From NCBI GenBank assembly GCA_934636825.1, contig CAKUBG010000001.1:256080-320079 (forward strand): 64,000 nt of DNA. The letters run 5' to 3'. The stretch comes from an uncultured bacterium. GTDB lineage: Bacteria; Vulcanimicrobiota; Xenobia; Xenobiales; Xenobiaceae. Each line of letters opens with the position of its first letter. Within the stretch, counting starts at the first letter, position 1. The notes under the pieces are model-generated. The model made no database searches, was not told where the DNA came from, and worked only from the letters and a program-made list of their open reading frames with translations. Positions 51,549 through 61,249 of the stretch are shown piece after piece. The translations under genes and the position numbers were made by a program.

Positions 51549-53096
51549 ATGCGAGTAACGGAAAAATTACTTTTAGGTATCGCCTGTTCGGCGCTGTGCT
51601 TAACCATGGCCGGCTGTTCTGATGACGACAACTGGTCCCCCACCGATAATTTAACAAAAAGATATGAGTTGGGCACAGTCACAGCCTCTGATAGTGCTAC
51701 TTTGCTTGTCAGCAATGGCCAAAGTGAAAAAGGGTTTACCGACGATATTTATATCACTAGTTCTGCTCGTCCGGGCACAGCTTCTTCCACCGAAGCCAAG
51801 CTTGAAGCCGAAGAAGGTGCCGATCCTCACGGTTTAACCCATAAGCTCATTAAAGAAGCCAACGAGCTTTTAAAAGCTAAGGCTACCGAAGTCAAAGTCT
51901 TGGGAAAAGAGTCTTTCACTCCCAATACCATCTATACCAATACTGCCAAAGATGAAGATGTCGAAATCAACGCCGATTTCAATTTCAGCGGCACCACTAC
52001 AAAAGCTACCTTCCGTAAGATACTTGCTAACGACGAGACAAAATCCGTTTTAGTTTTCGCCGAAGTCGATCCGGAAACCGACGAAGCTTGCATTGACGAA
52101 GACAAAGCTTTAGCTATAGACAAGATTTTTGGCGAAGCTAACAGCTACGATGACGAAGGCAAAGCTATTGGCGAACGCGTTCGCAGCGTCTTTGGACAAG
52201 AATGGCGCAAAGACGGCGGTCGCGATGGCGAAGAAAAAGTCATCATTATGATGTGCAGCAGCATGAAAAAAAATCTTTACGGTTACTTTGATCCTAAAGA
52301 TGCTTTTTCCAAAAAGGACTCTCAGTACAGCAATGAGGGTGAGATCCTTTATCTGAACAACAATTGCACCGACGCCGACTTGTATTCCACTATTGCTCAC
52401 GAGTTCCAGCATATGTGCGACTTCAACCAGAAAGTATGCTTGGACGGCGAGTTCTCTGGCGAATACGAAGATACGACTATCAACGAAGGTAAGTCTACTT
52501 TAGCGGAAGATTTCTGCGGTTTCAGAATGAGAACTGAAGACGAAGAGACTGAAGCTCCCAGCAACTCTTATCTTTTCAACACAACCAGCGCTTATCTCGC
52601 CAATCCTGGTAAAGTATCTTTGTTGTCTTTCAATAACGCTTTAGGAGAGTATGGTCAAGCCTATCTCTTAATGAGATATATCACCGATCGCTATGGCAAT
52701 GATACCATTAAAGAGATTGCCACTTCTCCTAATGTCAGCTTTGACAATATTGAAGACGTAACCGGCACAACTTTCAGTCAGCTTTATTACGACTTCGGTA
52801 TGACCAATATGCTGAGCAACAGAGACAACACCTCTGCTATTTACAACTACAAGAGCATTGATTTAACTAAAAACTACTTGCACGATACTGATGAAGCCAG
52901 TCCTTTGGGCAGAGCTGTTCCCACTGTAATCACTTCTAAGAGTAATCAGTACAAGATCAAATCTATGTCCAACAACTACTACAGTATCAACTACTCTGCT
53001 CCTGAAGATGACGTCATTGTAGGTTTGGTAACTCCCACTACCAGCAAGTACAGCTTGTCCTTCTTCAGAAACGGTTTACTTACAAAGATCTTTTAA
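51549..53096 (+). CDS. Lipoprotein with an HExxH zinc-metallopeptidase motif (515 aa)
   Basis: Lipobox-like 'LTMAGC'; 'TIAHEFQHMCDF' (HExxH). Confidence 0.5.
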   Translation: MRVTEKLLLGIACSALCLTMAGCSDDDNWSPTDNLTKRYELGTVTASDSATLLVSNGQSEKGFTDDIYITSSARPGTASSTEAKLEAEEGADPHGLTHKLIKEANELLKAKATEVKVLGKESFTPNTIYTNTAKDEDVEINADFNFSGTTTKATFRKILANDETKSVLVFAEVDPETDEACIDEDKALAIDKIFGEANSYDDEGKAIGERVRSVFGQEWRKDGGRDGEEKVIIMMCSSMKKNLYGYFDPKDAFSKKDSQYSNEGEILYLNNNCTDADLYSTIAHEFQHMCDFNQKVCLDGEFSGEYEDTTINEGKSTLAEDFCGFRMRTEDEETEAPSNSYLFNTTSAYLANPGKVSLLSFNNALGEYGQAYLLMRYITDRYGNDTIKEIATSPNVSFDNIEDVTGTTFSQLYYDFGMTNMLSNRDNTSAIYNYKSIDLTKNYLHDTDEASPLGRAVPTVITSKSNQYKIKSMSNNYYSINYSAPEDDVIVGLVTPTTSKYSLSFFRNGLLTKIF

Positions 53097-53118
53097 GCAG
53101 ATTCTGACTGACATATAA

Positions 53119-53166
53119 AAAGAAGCTCGCTTCCTGATCATGGGGGCGAGCTTCTTTATTTATTTT
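53119..53166 (+). terminator. Rho-independent terminator
   Basis: GAAGCTCGC (53122-53130) pairs with GCGAGCTTC (53146-53154), followed by a T-rich run. Confidence 0.65.
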
Positions 53167-53261
53167 ACGTTGTCAACTAGCGTCAGACAATCAGTCCATG
53201 TCCGACACAATGTCAGTAAAAATGTCTGACTTGTCTTACTGACATAATGTCACAAAAAGAA

Positions 53262-54434
53262 CTAAACTTGCGGAGCTGCGGGTAAATCAGTTGCAACCTG
53301 ACCTGAAGTCAGAAAATACTGTATATCCGCAGCTAAATAATCGGCTATATCAGGACCGCTGACTCTCATAGAGACAACTAAATTGTCACTAGCAAAGACA
53401 ACACAATCTTGACTGTCAGTCTTACGTGTCAGTATTTCTTCCAAATTGTCCAAAATAAAGCTTCTGGTGTAATAAGCCAGTCCCCAAAGTTCTTTGTGAA
53501 TATTAATTCTTTGCTCGCTAATTTCTATAACGCTCTTGTAGCCAAATTCGACAATACAAAGCACAATTATTAGAACGGCTGCCCCAATAAAGAATGACCA
53601 ATCACCAGTCGTCATAGATTCACTAAAAAACGAAACGTAATGGTTTTTGATTTTCCAAAAAGGAGTGATTCCCACAGCAATTACAATAAAAATCAGCCAA
53701 ATAAGTTCTGTAGGAATACCCGAAGCCATAAGTCCCCAGCTATAGCGCCTTCCCAAGCCAAAATTAACATCTTCAACTTTTATGGGGCAGCCTTCAGGGC
53801 GTCTAGGATGAGGAGAAGCTAAAATAGGATATTTTTTCACACGCAAGCAGTAAGGCAAGTCGACATCAGTATAAGGTATGGTAACTGAACGAACTGCGTC
53901 AAACACTACCAATAAATCGCAGCGCATTGATTTTGCCAAAAATTCAGCTAAGGCTTTACTCTCTTGCAAGCGTCCCACTCTAAGATCGAGCAAAAATTGG
54001 CAACGCCCGTCCATGAGAGTTATTTCCCAACTATCCAGAGCTATTTTTCCATTATTTACCTCAGAAACACTAAGTCTTATTTTCGGAGCTTCTCCGTAGG
54101 TGTAAGTTATTTCTTGAGCTAACAAACCATCCTTAATAGAAATGCTGCCTCCCTTGCCATTATTAAAAACTTTAACTTGCTTGTGAGAAAAGAAAATGGC
54201 AAAAATACCGACAGCAACTATAAGTAAAGAAAAAATCAAACCCGGAAATAAATTAGGCTTACCTATTCGCAACACCAGAGCGCTGAACATATAATAAAGC
54301 GGAACGCCGCCTATTAAGCCGGTAAAAATCAAAAAGGCTCCAATATTATAGCCGGAAGTACTGTTTATAATAAAAACATCGGCTTGTGAGTCGACAGTCT
54401 TCGCTATAGTTCTATAAGTTTTTCTCTCTGACAC
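53262..54434 (-). CDS. Hypothetical polytopic membrane protein
   Basis: ORF with multiple hydrophobic helices; no recognisable motif. Confidence 0.4.
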   Translation of the reverse strand: MSERKTYRTIAKTVDSQADVFIINSTSGYNIGAFLIFTGLIGGVPLYYMFSALVLRIGKPNLFPGLIFSLLIVAVGIFAIFFSHKQVKVFNNGKGGSISIKDGLLAQEITYTYGEAPKIRLSVSEVNNGKIALDSWEITLMDGRCQFLLDLRVGRLQESKALAEFLAKSMRCDLLVVFDAVRSVTIPYTDVDLPYCLRVKKYPILASPHPRRPEGCPIKVEDVNFGLGRRYSWGLMASGIPTELIWLIFIVIAVGITPFWKIKNHYVSFFSESMTTGDWSFFIGAAVLIIVLCIVEFGYKSVIEISEQRINIHKELWGLAYYTRSFILDNLEEILTRKTDSQDCVVFASDNLVVSMRVSGPDIADYLAADIQYFLTSGQVATDLPAAPQV

Positions 54435-54650
54435 AACGCTGCTCCTAACTGCAGAAACGTCTAAGCGGTGAAAAAATCATGTGTTCTTTGGCAGAACTCC
54501 AAAAGTTAAGGAACTATTAAATTAAAACCTTCTCAATTTTTTAAAAGATACAACATTGCTTCAGCTGCAACAACCACTTGGCGCTGCCGCTTGCTTCAGT
54601 CCTAATAAAGGCAGGACAGAATTTACACTTAGCAGAAAAGGAGGGCCATT

Positions 54651-55685
54651 ATGGCGTTATCTATTGGCATTACCGGTCTGTCTCAATCCGGTAAATCAAC
54701 TTTATTCAAATCACTCACTTGTCTATCCGAGTCCGACGTTTCGGGACGTAAGCAACCTTTAGCCAGGGCAGCTGTACCAGACGAAAGGTTGCAGAGGCTG
54801 TCTGACATTTTCAAGCCGAAGAAAACTACTCCGGCTACAGTAGACTTTTTGGATATGCCCGGCGGCGGAAGTTCCGGATTAGGTTCCCAGGCAGTAGCGG
54901 AAATTCGTACCTCCACCTTGTTACTGGAAGTAGTGCGGTGCTTCAACCATCCTTATTTGGAAGGCGTAGATCCTTTGGCAGATGTCGACTCTTTCGAGAC
55001 AGAACTTCTCTTAGCCGACCTTAAAGTAGTTGAAGGCAAACTGGAGCGAGCCAAAAAACTCGATCCCAAAGAGCGTGCCTTGTTGGAATCTTTGGCTAAA
55101 CCCTTAAACGACGGTGATATTTCTGCTGTGCCTCAGTTTGACGAAGAAGAGAAAAAGATTCTCTCCGGCTTAGGTTTACTTTGCATCAAACCTCGTATTG
55201 TCGTTGCCAACATCTCCGAAAATGATATAGAAGACGGCGGCCCCCACTATAAAGCCCTTAAAGAGCTTTGCGATAAACAAGGAACCCCTTGTTTAGCCAT
55301 ATGCGCCGAGATCGAAGCTCAACTGGCCGATCTTTCTGCAGATGAGCGCGTTGAGTTTATGGCCGATTTGGGCATAAACGAAAGTGGCTTGGACAGATTG
55401 ATAAGTATTTGCTACAAGAAACTCGGTTTACAAACTTTCTTTACTGCTGGCGAAGACGAATGTCGTGCCTGGACTACTAAAGTAGGTGCCAAAGCTCCAG
55501 AAGCAGCCGGAGAGATTCATAGCGATTTACAAAGAGGCTTTATCAGAGCCGAAGTTATCGACTATCCCACCTTTATTGAATGCGGCTCGCTTAATGTAGC
55601 CAAAGAAAAAGGCTTACTGCGAGTAGAAGGCAAAGACTACGTCGTAAAAGATGGCGATATTTTGAATATTCGTTTCAATGTTTAG
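54651..55685 (+). CDS. ychF: YchF/Obg-family ribosome-binding ATPase (divergent)
   Basis: 'GITGLSQSGKSTLFKSLT' P-loop. C-terminal TGS-like 'GFIRAEVIDYPTF'. Confidence 0.65.
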   Translation: MALSIGITGLSQSGKSTLFKSLTCLSESDVSGRKQPLARAAVPDERLQRLSDIFKPKKTTPATVDFLDMPGGGSSGLGSQAVAEIRTSTLLLEVVRCFNHPYLEGVDPLADVDSFETELLLADLKVVEGKLERAKKLDPKERALLESLAKPLNDGDISAVPQFDEEEKKILSGLGLLCIKPRIVVANISENDIEDGGPHYKALKELCDKQGTPCLAICAEIEAQLADLSADERVEFMADLGINESGLDRLISICYKKLGLQTFFTAGEDECRAWTTKVGAKAPEAAGEIHSDLQRGFIRAEVIDYPTFIECGSLNVAKEKGLLRVEGKDYVVKDGDILNIRFNV

Positions 55686-55866
55686 TTTTTGTTCCCGATA
55701 ACAAGCACAACCACAACTTTTTATTGTAAGGTTTTTAAGCTTTAAGGCTACATTTACGAAAAGAGCAGTCTATGCAGACTGCTCTTTTCGTATACCTTGA
55801 AGTGAATCCACAACCAGGCTTTTACGCCAGGAAATTTCAGCTAAATTGCTAACCTAGAACAAATTT

Positions 55867-58047
55867 TTGCAAAAAAATAAAACGTTAGGATCCGTTATTA
55901 TGAGTATGCCCTATGACATTCGTCCTGGAGAAAGGTACCCTTTAGGAGCAACCTGGACAGGCGAAGGCGTCAATTTTGCCGTTTATTCAGAGAATGCCAC
56001 TATGGTTGTTTTGTGCCTTTTCGACAAAGATGGCAACGAACTCAAACCTAATATCCATATGAACCAAGGAGAAGGTGTTTGGCATTGTTTCTTGCCTCAA
56101 GCCAAACCTGGACTTCGCTATGGATATAGGGCTCACGGCTCTTTCGATCCTAATCACGGTTTATATTTTAATCCCGATAAACTTCTCTTAGATCCCTATG
56201 CCAAAGCTGTCAGCGGCCAACTTATCAATTGTGATGCCCTTTACGGATACGAAAAATATTCTCAAAGCAAGCAAAATTCTTTGCGTAAGACTAACTTGCT
56301 CAGCCGCGACGTACGCAATAGCGCTCCTTATATGCTCAAAGGTATAGTAGTAGATGACAAAGCCTTTGACTGGGAAGGGGATCAGCCTTTACGCAGACCT
56401 CTAAATGAAACCATCATTTATGAAGTTCATGTAAAAGGGTTCACTAAGCTTAAAACTTCACTTCCTGAAAACATACGTGGAACTTATGCCGGCTTAGCTC
56501 ATCCGGAATCTATAAAATACCTTCAAGATCTGGGCATTACAGCTGTAGAACTATTACCTATCCATTTATCTGCCAGCGAAGGACGCTTGGACGGAATGGG
56601 ATTAAGTAATTATTGGGGATACAATAGCCTGGGCTTTTTCTGTCCAGATCCGCGTTACAGCTCCGATCCTGACGCCGTAACCGAATTTAAGTCTATGGTA
56701 AAAGCTTTGCATAAAGCCGGCATTGAAGTTATCCTAGATGTGGTTTACAACCATACAGCCGAGCAAGGCAACGACGGCCCTCAGCTCTCTATGCGCGGTT
56801 TGGATAACCCTACTTATTATCGTCTGGAACCTACTTGCCAGCACAACTATTGCAATTTTAGCGGTTGCGGCAATAGTTTGGATACTAGAAATCCCCGCAC
56901 CCTTCAATTAGTGGCCGATAGTTTGCGTTATTGGGTGCAAGAAATGCACGTTGACGGTTTCCGTTTTGATTTGGCTACAACTTTAGCTCGCACAGCTTCC
57001 GGCAACAATTACCGCACCCACTCCAGTTTTCTGGGAGTCTTAGCTCAAGATCCCGTTTTAAATCGCACTAAACTTATTGCCGAACCTTGGGATTGCGGCC
57101 CAGATGGTTATCAAGTAGGCAAATTCCCTAAAGGCTGGAGCGAATGGAACGGCGACTGGCGCGATACGGTGCGTCGTTTTTGGAAAGGAGACGGAGGTCT
57201 TTTAGGCAAAATGGCCTCCAAATTGAGCGGATCTAGCGATTTATATTGGAACAGAAGTCCTTTAGCCAGCGTAAACTTTGTAACAGCTCATGACGGTTTT
57301 ACTTTGCATGATTTAGTTACTTACCAACAAAAGCGCAATCAAGCCAACGGTGAAGGCAATCGAGACGGTACCAACGACAATTACAACTGGAATTGCGGCT
57401 ACGAGGGGCCTACTACCAATGAAGGCGTCATGAATTTGCGCTGGCGCCAAATGCGCAACTTTATTTTGACCATTTTGCTCAGCCAAGGCATCCCTATGCT
57501 CTTAGGTGGTGACGAAATTGCTCGTACCCAAAATGGAAACAATAACGCTTATTGCCAAGATAACGAAATATCCTATTACAACTGGAACATAAGTCCAAAA
57601 CAACAGCAGCTTTTCAATTTTACTAAGTCTGTAATTAAATTGCGTCAAAAACATCCCTCTTTTAGACGTTCTACCTTCTTCCGCGGCCAAACTGAAAGCG
57701 GCGCCAAAGATGTGGTTTGGCTCAATTTAAACGGCAAGGAAATGCATGGCTCTGACTGGGATCAGCAAAGCTGCGGCGCTTTCGGTATGTATATCGACGG
57801 CGATTGGCTCGATGATTTGGACGAAAAATGTAATAAATTGAAAGATAGCTCTTTCTTATTACTTTTCAATAATGACATGTGTCCTCGAGAGTTTATTTTG
57901 CCTCAACCTAAACCATGGGCCCAATGGCAAGTAGTGATAAATACTTACAGTGATCCCAGTGTATACAAAGTAAATAAGTATTGTACTTTACCTCCCCATT
58001 CAGCCGCTGTCCTTGAGGAATGCCCCAGAACAGGCAATTTAGCATAA
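55867..58047 (+). CDS. glgX: Glycogen debranching enzyme (isoamylase, GH13)
   Basis: 'YPLGATW...GVNFAVYS', 'GFRFDLA', 'EPWD', 'NHD'-region motifs. Possible alternative start at 55900 (MSMPYD). Confidence 0.85.
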   Translation: MQKNKTLGSVIMSMPYDIRPGERYPLGATWTGEGVNFAVYSENATMVVLCLFDKDGNELKPNIHMNQGEGVWHCFLPQAKPGLRYGYRAHGSFDPNHGLYFNPDKLLLDPYAKAVSGQLINCDALYGYEKYSQSKQNSLRKTNLLSRDVRNSAPYMLKGIVVDDKAFDWEGDQPLRRPLNETIIYEVHVKGFTKLKTSLPENIRGTYAGLAHPESIKYLQDLGITAVELLPIHLSASEGRLDGMGLSNYWGYNSLGFFCPDPRYSSDPDAVTEFKSMVKALHKAGIEVILDVVYNHTAEQGNDGPQLSMRGLDNPTYYRLEPTCQHNYCNFSGCGNSLDTRNPRTLQLVADSLRYWVQEMHVDGFRFDLATTLARTASGNNYRTHSSFLGVLAQDPVLNRTKLIAEPWDCGPDGYQVGKFPKGWSEWNGDWRDTVRRFWKGDGGLLGKMASKLSGSSDLYWNRSPLASVNFVTAHDGFTLHDLVTYQQKRNQANGEGNRDGTNDNYNWNCGYEGPTTNEGVMNLRWRQMRNFILTILLSQGIPMLLGGDEIARTQNGNNNAYCQDNEISYYNWNISPKQQQLFNFTKSVIKLRQKHPSFRRSTFFRGQTESGAKDVVWLNLNGKEMHGSDWDQQSCGAFGMYIDGDWLDDLDEKCNKLKDSSFLLLFNNDMCPREFILPQPKPWAQWQVVINTYSDPSVYKVNKYCTLPPHSAAVLEECPRTGNLA

Positions 58048-58084
58048 AAAAAATAAGACTGATAAGTCTAAAATATCGGAAAAA

Positions 58085-58129
58085 AACGTAGTTTCAATGT
58101 CTTAAAAAGACAAAACTACGTTTTTTTTA
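58085..58129 (+). terminator. Rho-independent terminator of glgX
   Basis: 10-bp stem AACGTAGTTT/AAACTACGTT followed by T8. Confidence 0.75.
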
Positions 58130-58214
58130 TCGATGTGATCTCTTGCCCACAACAGGAAGGCTGCGATGTGATTATTCCTCTACCTTTAGTGCAATAAGTT
58201 AGGCAATCCAGTAG

Positions 58215-58252
58215 CAAAAATCTCCGGCAGCAATTATTGCCGGAGATTTTTC
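58215..58252. terminator. Second bidirectional terminator-like hairpin
   Basis: 10-bp stem ATCTCCGGCA/TGCCGGAGAT, flanked by A5 and T5. Confidence 0.55.
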
Positions 58253-58608
58253 TTATTTTAGCAACAAATATATATAAAAAAATGCGTAAGCTAAAAATAA
58301 ACAGAGCACTTGCTAAAGCACAATAATCCGACTCTATCCCCTACCCCAACATATTTGGATTATAAGTTCAAAATTTTTGCCATAATGTTAGACTACCTAT
58401 ATATAAAAAATTTAGATAAACATAACAACTAGTAGTGAATAACTCACAGACAGACTTTATAACCACCAGCTAAATATTAAACCAGCAAGCCTTCGGTATG
58501 TCATAAATGTGGATATATAGCAGCCACATAAAATAAAGAAAATACTATATATTGTATATATATAAACAATAAAACTAATTAAAGTTAACTAATTAAATTT
58601 AGTTCAAT

Positions 58609-58624
58609 TGTTTCACGTGAAACA
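58609..58624. promoter_or_regulatory. parS: parS centromere site (perfect 16-bp palindrome TGTTTCACGTGAAACA)
   Basis: Exact match to the ParB-binding parS consensus; parB lies 2.6 kb away. Confidence 0.85.
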
Positions 58625-58640
58625 TACCCCATATATTTTA

Positions 58641-58656
58641 TGTTTCACGTGAAACA
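58641..58656. promoter_or_regulatory. parS: parS centromere site, second copy
   Basis: Identical 16-mer, 32 bp from the first. Confidence 0.85.
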
Positions 58657-58767
58657 TAAATATAAAAATGAGTATTATAGGCAACTTTTCTACACATTTA
58701 ACATTGTGTGTAAATCTTAAAATAATAAACTAATCAGTGTTGTAACTACTATTTATAAACAATAATA

Positions 58768-58803
58768 AAAAAAGAGCTCCGTTCATAACAAACAGAGCTC
58801 CTA
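58768..58803 (-). terminator. Terminator downstream of the DUF362 gene
   Basis: GAGCTC arms. A7 on the + strand gives a U-run on the - strand. Confidence 0.5.
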
Positions 58804-58827
58804 GCCCAAAAGATATATGTCTAAACT

Positions 58828-59952
58828 TTAGTTGACTTTAATCAACTCATAATCCATAGAGCCTATGCCAATTTTTTGAGCATGCTCGACACAACTGCGC
58901 CAATTGGTTACTGGAGCTGTTTTATAAAAGTGATCGCCACCTTCAACTTTGCTTTCAGCCAAAACGCTTCCCGGAATAGGTTGCTGTTTATTGACCATAT
59001 CTGCGCAAGCTACATCTATAGCCACAGGGTCAGCAGAGGCAAACATACCTACATTAGGAACAATAGGTAAAGGATTGTCAGCGTGACAGTCACAAGTGGG
59101 AGTAATATCTACTGCCAAAGAAATATGGAAGTGAGGTCGTTTATCAATAACCGCTTTGCTATATTCAGCAATCTTGCGATTCATAATATCACTGGAATCG
59201 TAGCCATTAGCTTCAATAGCGTCGCGAGGGCAAATAGCCAAACAGCGACCGCAACCGACACACTTGTCATGGTCAATAAACATAACTTTGCCTTTGAGGG
59301 TCGGAGCATTGTGAGCACAAATTTTCTGACAGCGACGGCACCCAACACATAAACTCTCATTTACAGTAGGTTTGCCGGCACAATGCATATCCATTTTGCC
59401 AGCTCTGGAGCCTGAGCCCATGCCGATATTTTTCAGGGCGCCACCGAAACCAGCCATTTCATGTCCCTTAAAGTGGCTTAAGGAAATAAAAACGTCGGCA
59501 TCCATAATAGCGCGGCCAATTTTAGCCTTTTTAATATATTCTCCGCCTTCTACCGGAACTTCAACTTCATCATTACCTTTGAGACCATCGGCTATAATAT
59601 TATGTACTCCGGTAGTAATAACGCTATATCCGTTAAAATTGGCCGTATCCAAATGATCGAGTGCATTTTTGCGTCCACCAACATATAAAGTGTTGCAATC
59701 AGTCAAAAAAGGACGTCCGCCCAATTCTTTAATATAATCACATAAAACTCTGGCATAGTTGGGACGCAGAGCCGCTAAATTTCCGAACTCACCAAAGTGA
59801 GTTTTTATAGCTACAAAATGATCTTTTAAAGGAAGATCTTTTAAGCCTGATTTCTCTAAAAGGTGACGGAATTTTACCAATAAAGGTCTTTCCATACTGA
59901 CAGACATGTCAGTAAAATAAACTTTAGATTTAGCCACAGTAACAATCCTCAC
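58828..59952 (-). CDS. DUF362-domain protein with a 4Fe-4S dicluster ferredoxin motif
   Basis: 'KVYFTDM' N-terminus; 'CVGCRRCQKIC' and 'CVGCGRCLAICP'. Confidence 0.7.
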   Translation of the reverse strand: MRIVTVAKSKVYFTDMSVSMERPLLVKFRHLLEKSGLKDLPLKDHFVAIKTHFGEFGNLAALRPNYARVLCDYIKELGGRPFLTDCNTLYVGGRKNALDHLDTANFNGYSVITTGVHNIIADGLKGNDEVEVPVEGGEYIKKAKIGRAIMDADVFISLSHFKGHEMAGFGGALKNIGMGSGSRAGKMDMHCAGKPTVNESLCVGCRRCQKICAHNAPTLKGKVMFIDHDKCVGCGRCLAICPRDAIEANGYDSSDIMNRKIAEYSKAVIDKRPHFHISLAVDITPTCDCHADNPLPIVPNVGMFASADPVAIDVACADMVNKQQPIPGSVLAESKVEGGDHFYKTAPVTNWRSCVEHAQKIGIGSMDYELIKVN

Positions 59953-60466
59953 TAAAGTGTAATTTTTATAGAAGTGAATCCACCTATTTAATACAATTTG
60001 GTAAAAGATAATTCTTTCCCTTGATAAGATTGTCCATATTTTGCCAATCGGAGCAAAAAAAGTTCTATTTATTCACAATATTCACAAGTTTTACACAGGC
60101 AGTGCATATATATTTTTATATTTATCTGAGTAGTGCACTTTTCCACAACTTTATACACATTTTTAGGTAATTATCTGTAGAAAATTTACCATACAAAAAT
60201 TTTTTAGTTAAAAATAGCACAGTATAATTAGAATGTTTTTAGACTTATAAACGCTATAATAAGTATATATATAGAAAATTTATGGATATTTTATGTTATT
60301 TGTCAATATTTAGGATTGTGCACTTTAAAAATAGCCAAAGTTTATTACATTATTTTTGTAAGTTATCAACAATGTTAACAGTTTTTCCACAATACATTGC
60401 ACTATTTTTGACAAAAAAAAGCACAGCCATTAACTTTGGCTGTGCTTACTGTGGAAAAAGTTGTCT
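59953..60466. promoter_or_regulatory. AT-rich region with DnaA-box-like 9-mers (candidate oriC)
   Basis: TTTTCCACA at 60139-60147 and 60384-60392; TGTGGAAAA (reverse complement) at 60451-60459; TTATTCACA at 60069-60077. Flanked by rsmG/parB, with parS 1.3 kb away. Confidence 0.45.
60412..60448 (-). terminator. Rho-independent terminator of rsmG
   Basis: 10-bp stem AAGCACAGCC/GGCTGTGCTT. A8 on the + strand gives a U-run on the - strand. Confidence 0.7.
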
Positions 60467-61189
60467 TTAAAGTGGACTATGTTGAGGGATTCCCACTCGT
60501 CTGGGATAAGATTTTGGCGTAGGCTTAATTTTTCTTATAACACATATATGGCGCTCACGTCCGTAAAGTGTATAAGAAAATACTTCATCAACTTTGGCAT
60601 GAAGCTTATCTAAAGCGTTAGCCGATTGCTCAATCTCTTCTTGAAATTTAACGCCTTTATAAGCTAAAAGACAACCATTCACTTTTAAAAGCGGAACGGC
60701 CAATTCAATCAAAGAAGGCAAGGCGGAAAGAGCTTTAGCAGTAACAAAATCAAGTTTACCACGCCAGTTATCACTGTGAGCAACATCTTCTATGCGCATA
60801 GGCAGAGCGTGAGCTTTGGCCTGAATGCCTAAATTAAGGATCTGTTCTTCAATCCAGGCTGACTTTCTGTTCTGAGACTCAACCATAATGAAAAATGATT
60901 CAGGACGTACTATAGCTAAAGGTATACCAGGCACACCAGCGCCGGAACCGATATCAGCAATACGCTGTTCTTCGCCTATATAAGGCATAGCTCCTAAGGA
61001 ATCAACTATCAGCTCCCTAACTATATCTTCAGGACTTGTTAAAGCCGTAAGTCCCCTCTCGCTGCCATGCTCAAGCAAATTTTGTGCGAATTCGGCTAAG
61101 CGATCAAGCTCCTCTTCAGTAGCTTTTATTAAGGGATTATCTATAGACTGTATGCCCTGTCGGATAAGCTCTTTCATTAAAATCTCCAT
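60467..61189 (-). CDS. rsmG: 16S rRNA (guanine527-N7)-methyltransferase
   Basis: 'DIGSGAGVPGIPLAI' SAM motif and GidB-like N-terminus. Confidence 0.85.
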   Translation of the reverse strand: MEILMKELIRQGIQSIDNPLIKATEEELDRLAEFAQNLLEHGSERGLTALTSPEDIVRELIVDSLGAMPYIGEEQRIADIGSGAGVPGIPLAIVRPESFFIMVESQNRKSAWIEEQILNLGIQAKAHALPMRIEDVAHSDNWRGKLDFVTAKALSALPSLIELAVPLLKVNGCLLAYKGVKFQEEIEQSANALDKLHAKVDEVFSYTLYGRERHICVIRKIKPTPKSYPRRVGIPQHSPL

Positions 61190-61249
61190 AAATCCAACTA
61201 ACTGTGGCTAACTACGGCTGCAGGAAGCCCCCAAAGACCAAATTGCGAT

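Noticed and set aside
58609-58656. TGTTTCACGTGAAACA palindromes read as a Rex or CRP-family operator
   Set aside because: The half-site orientation is inverted relative to the Rex TTGTGAA-N4-TTCACAA site. It matches parS exactly.
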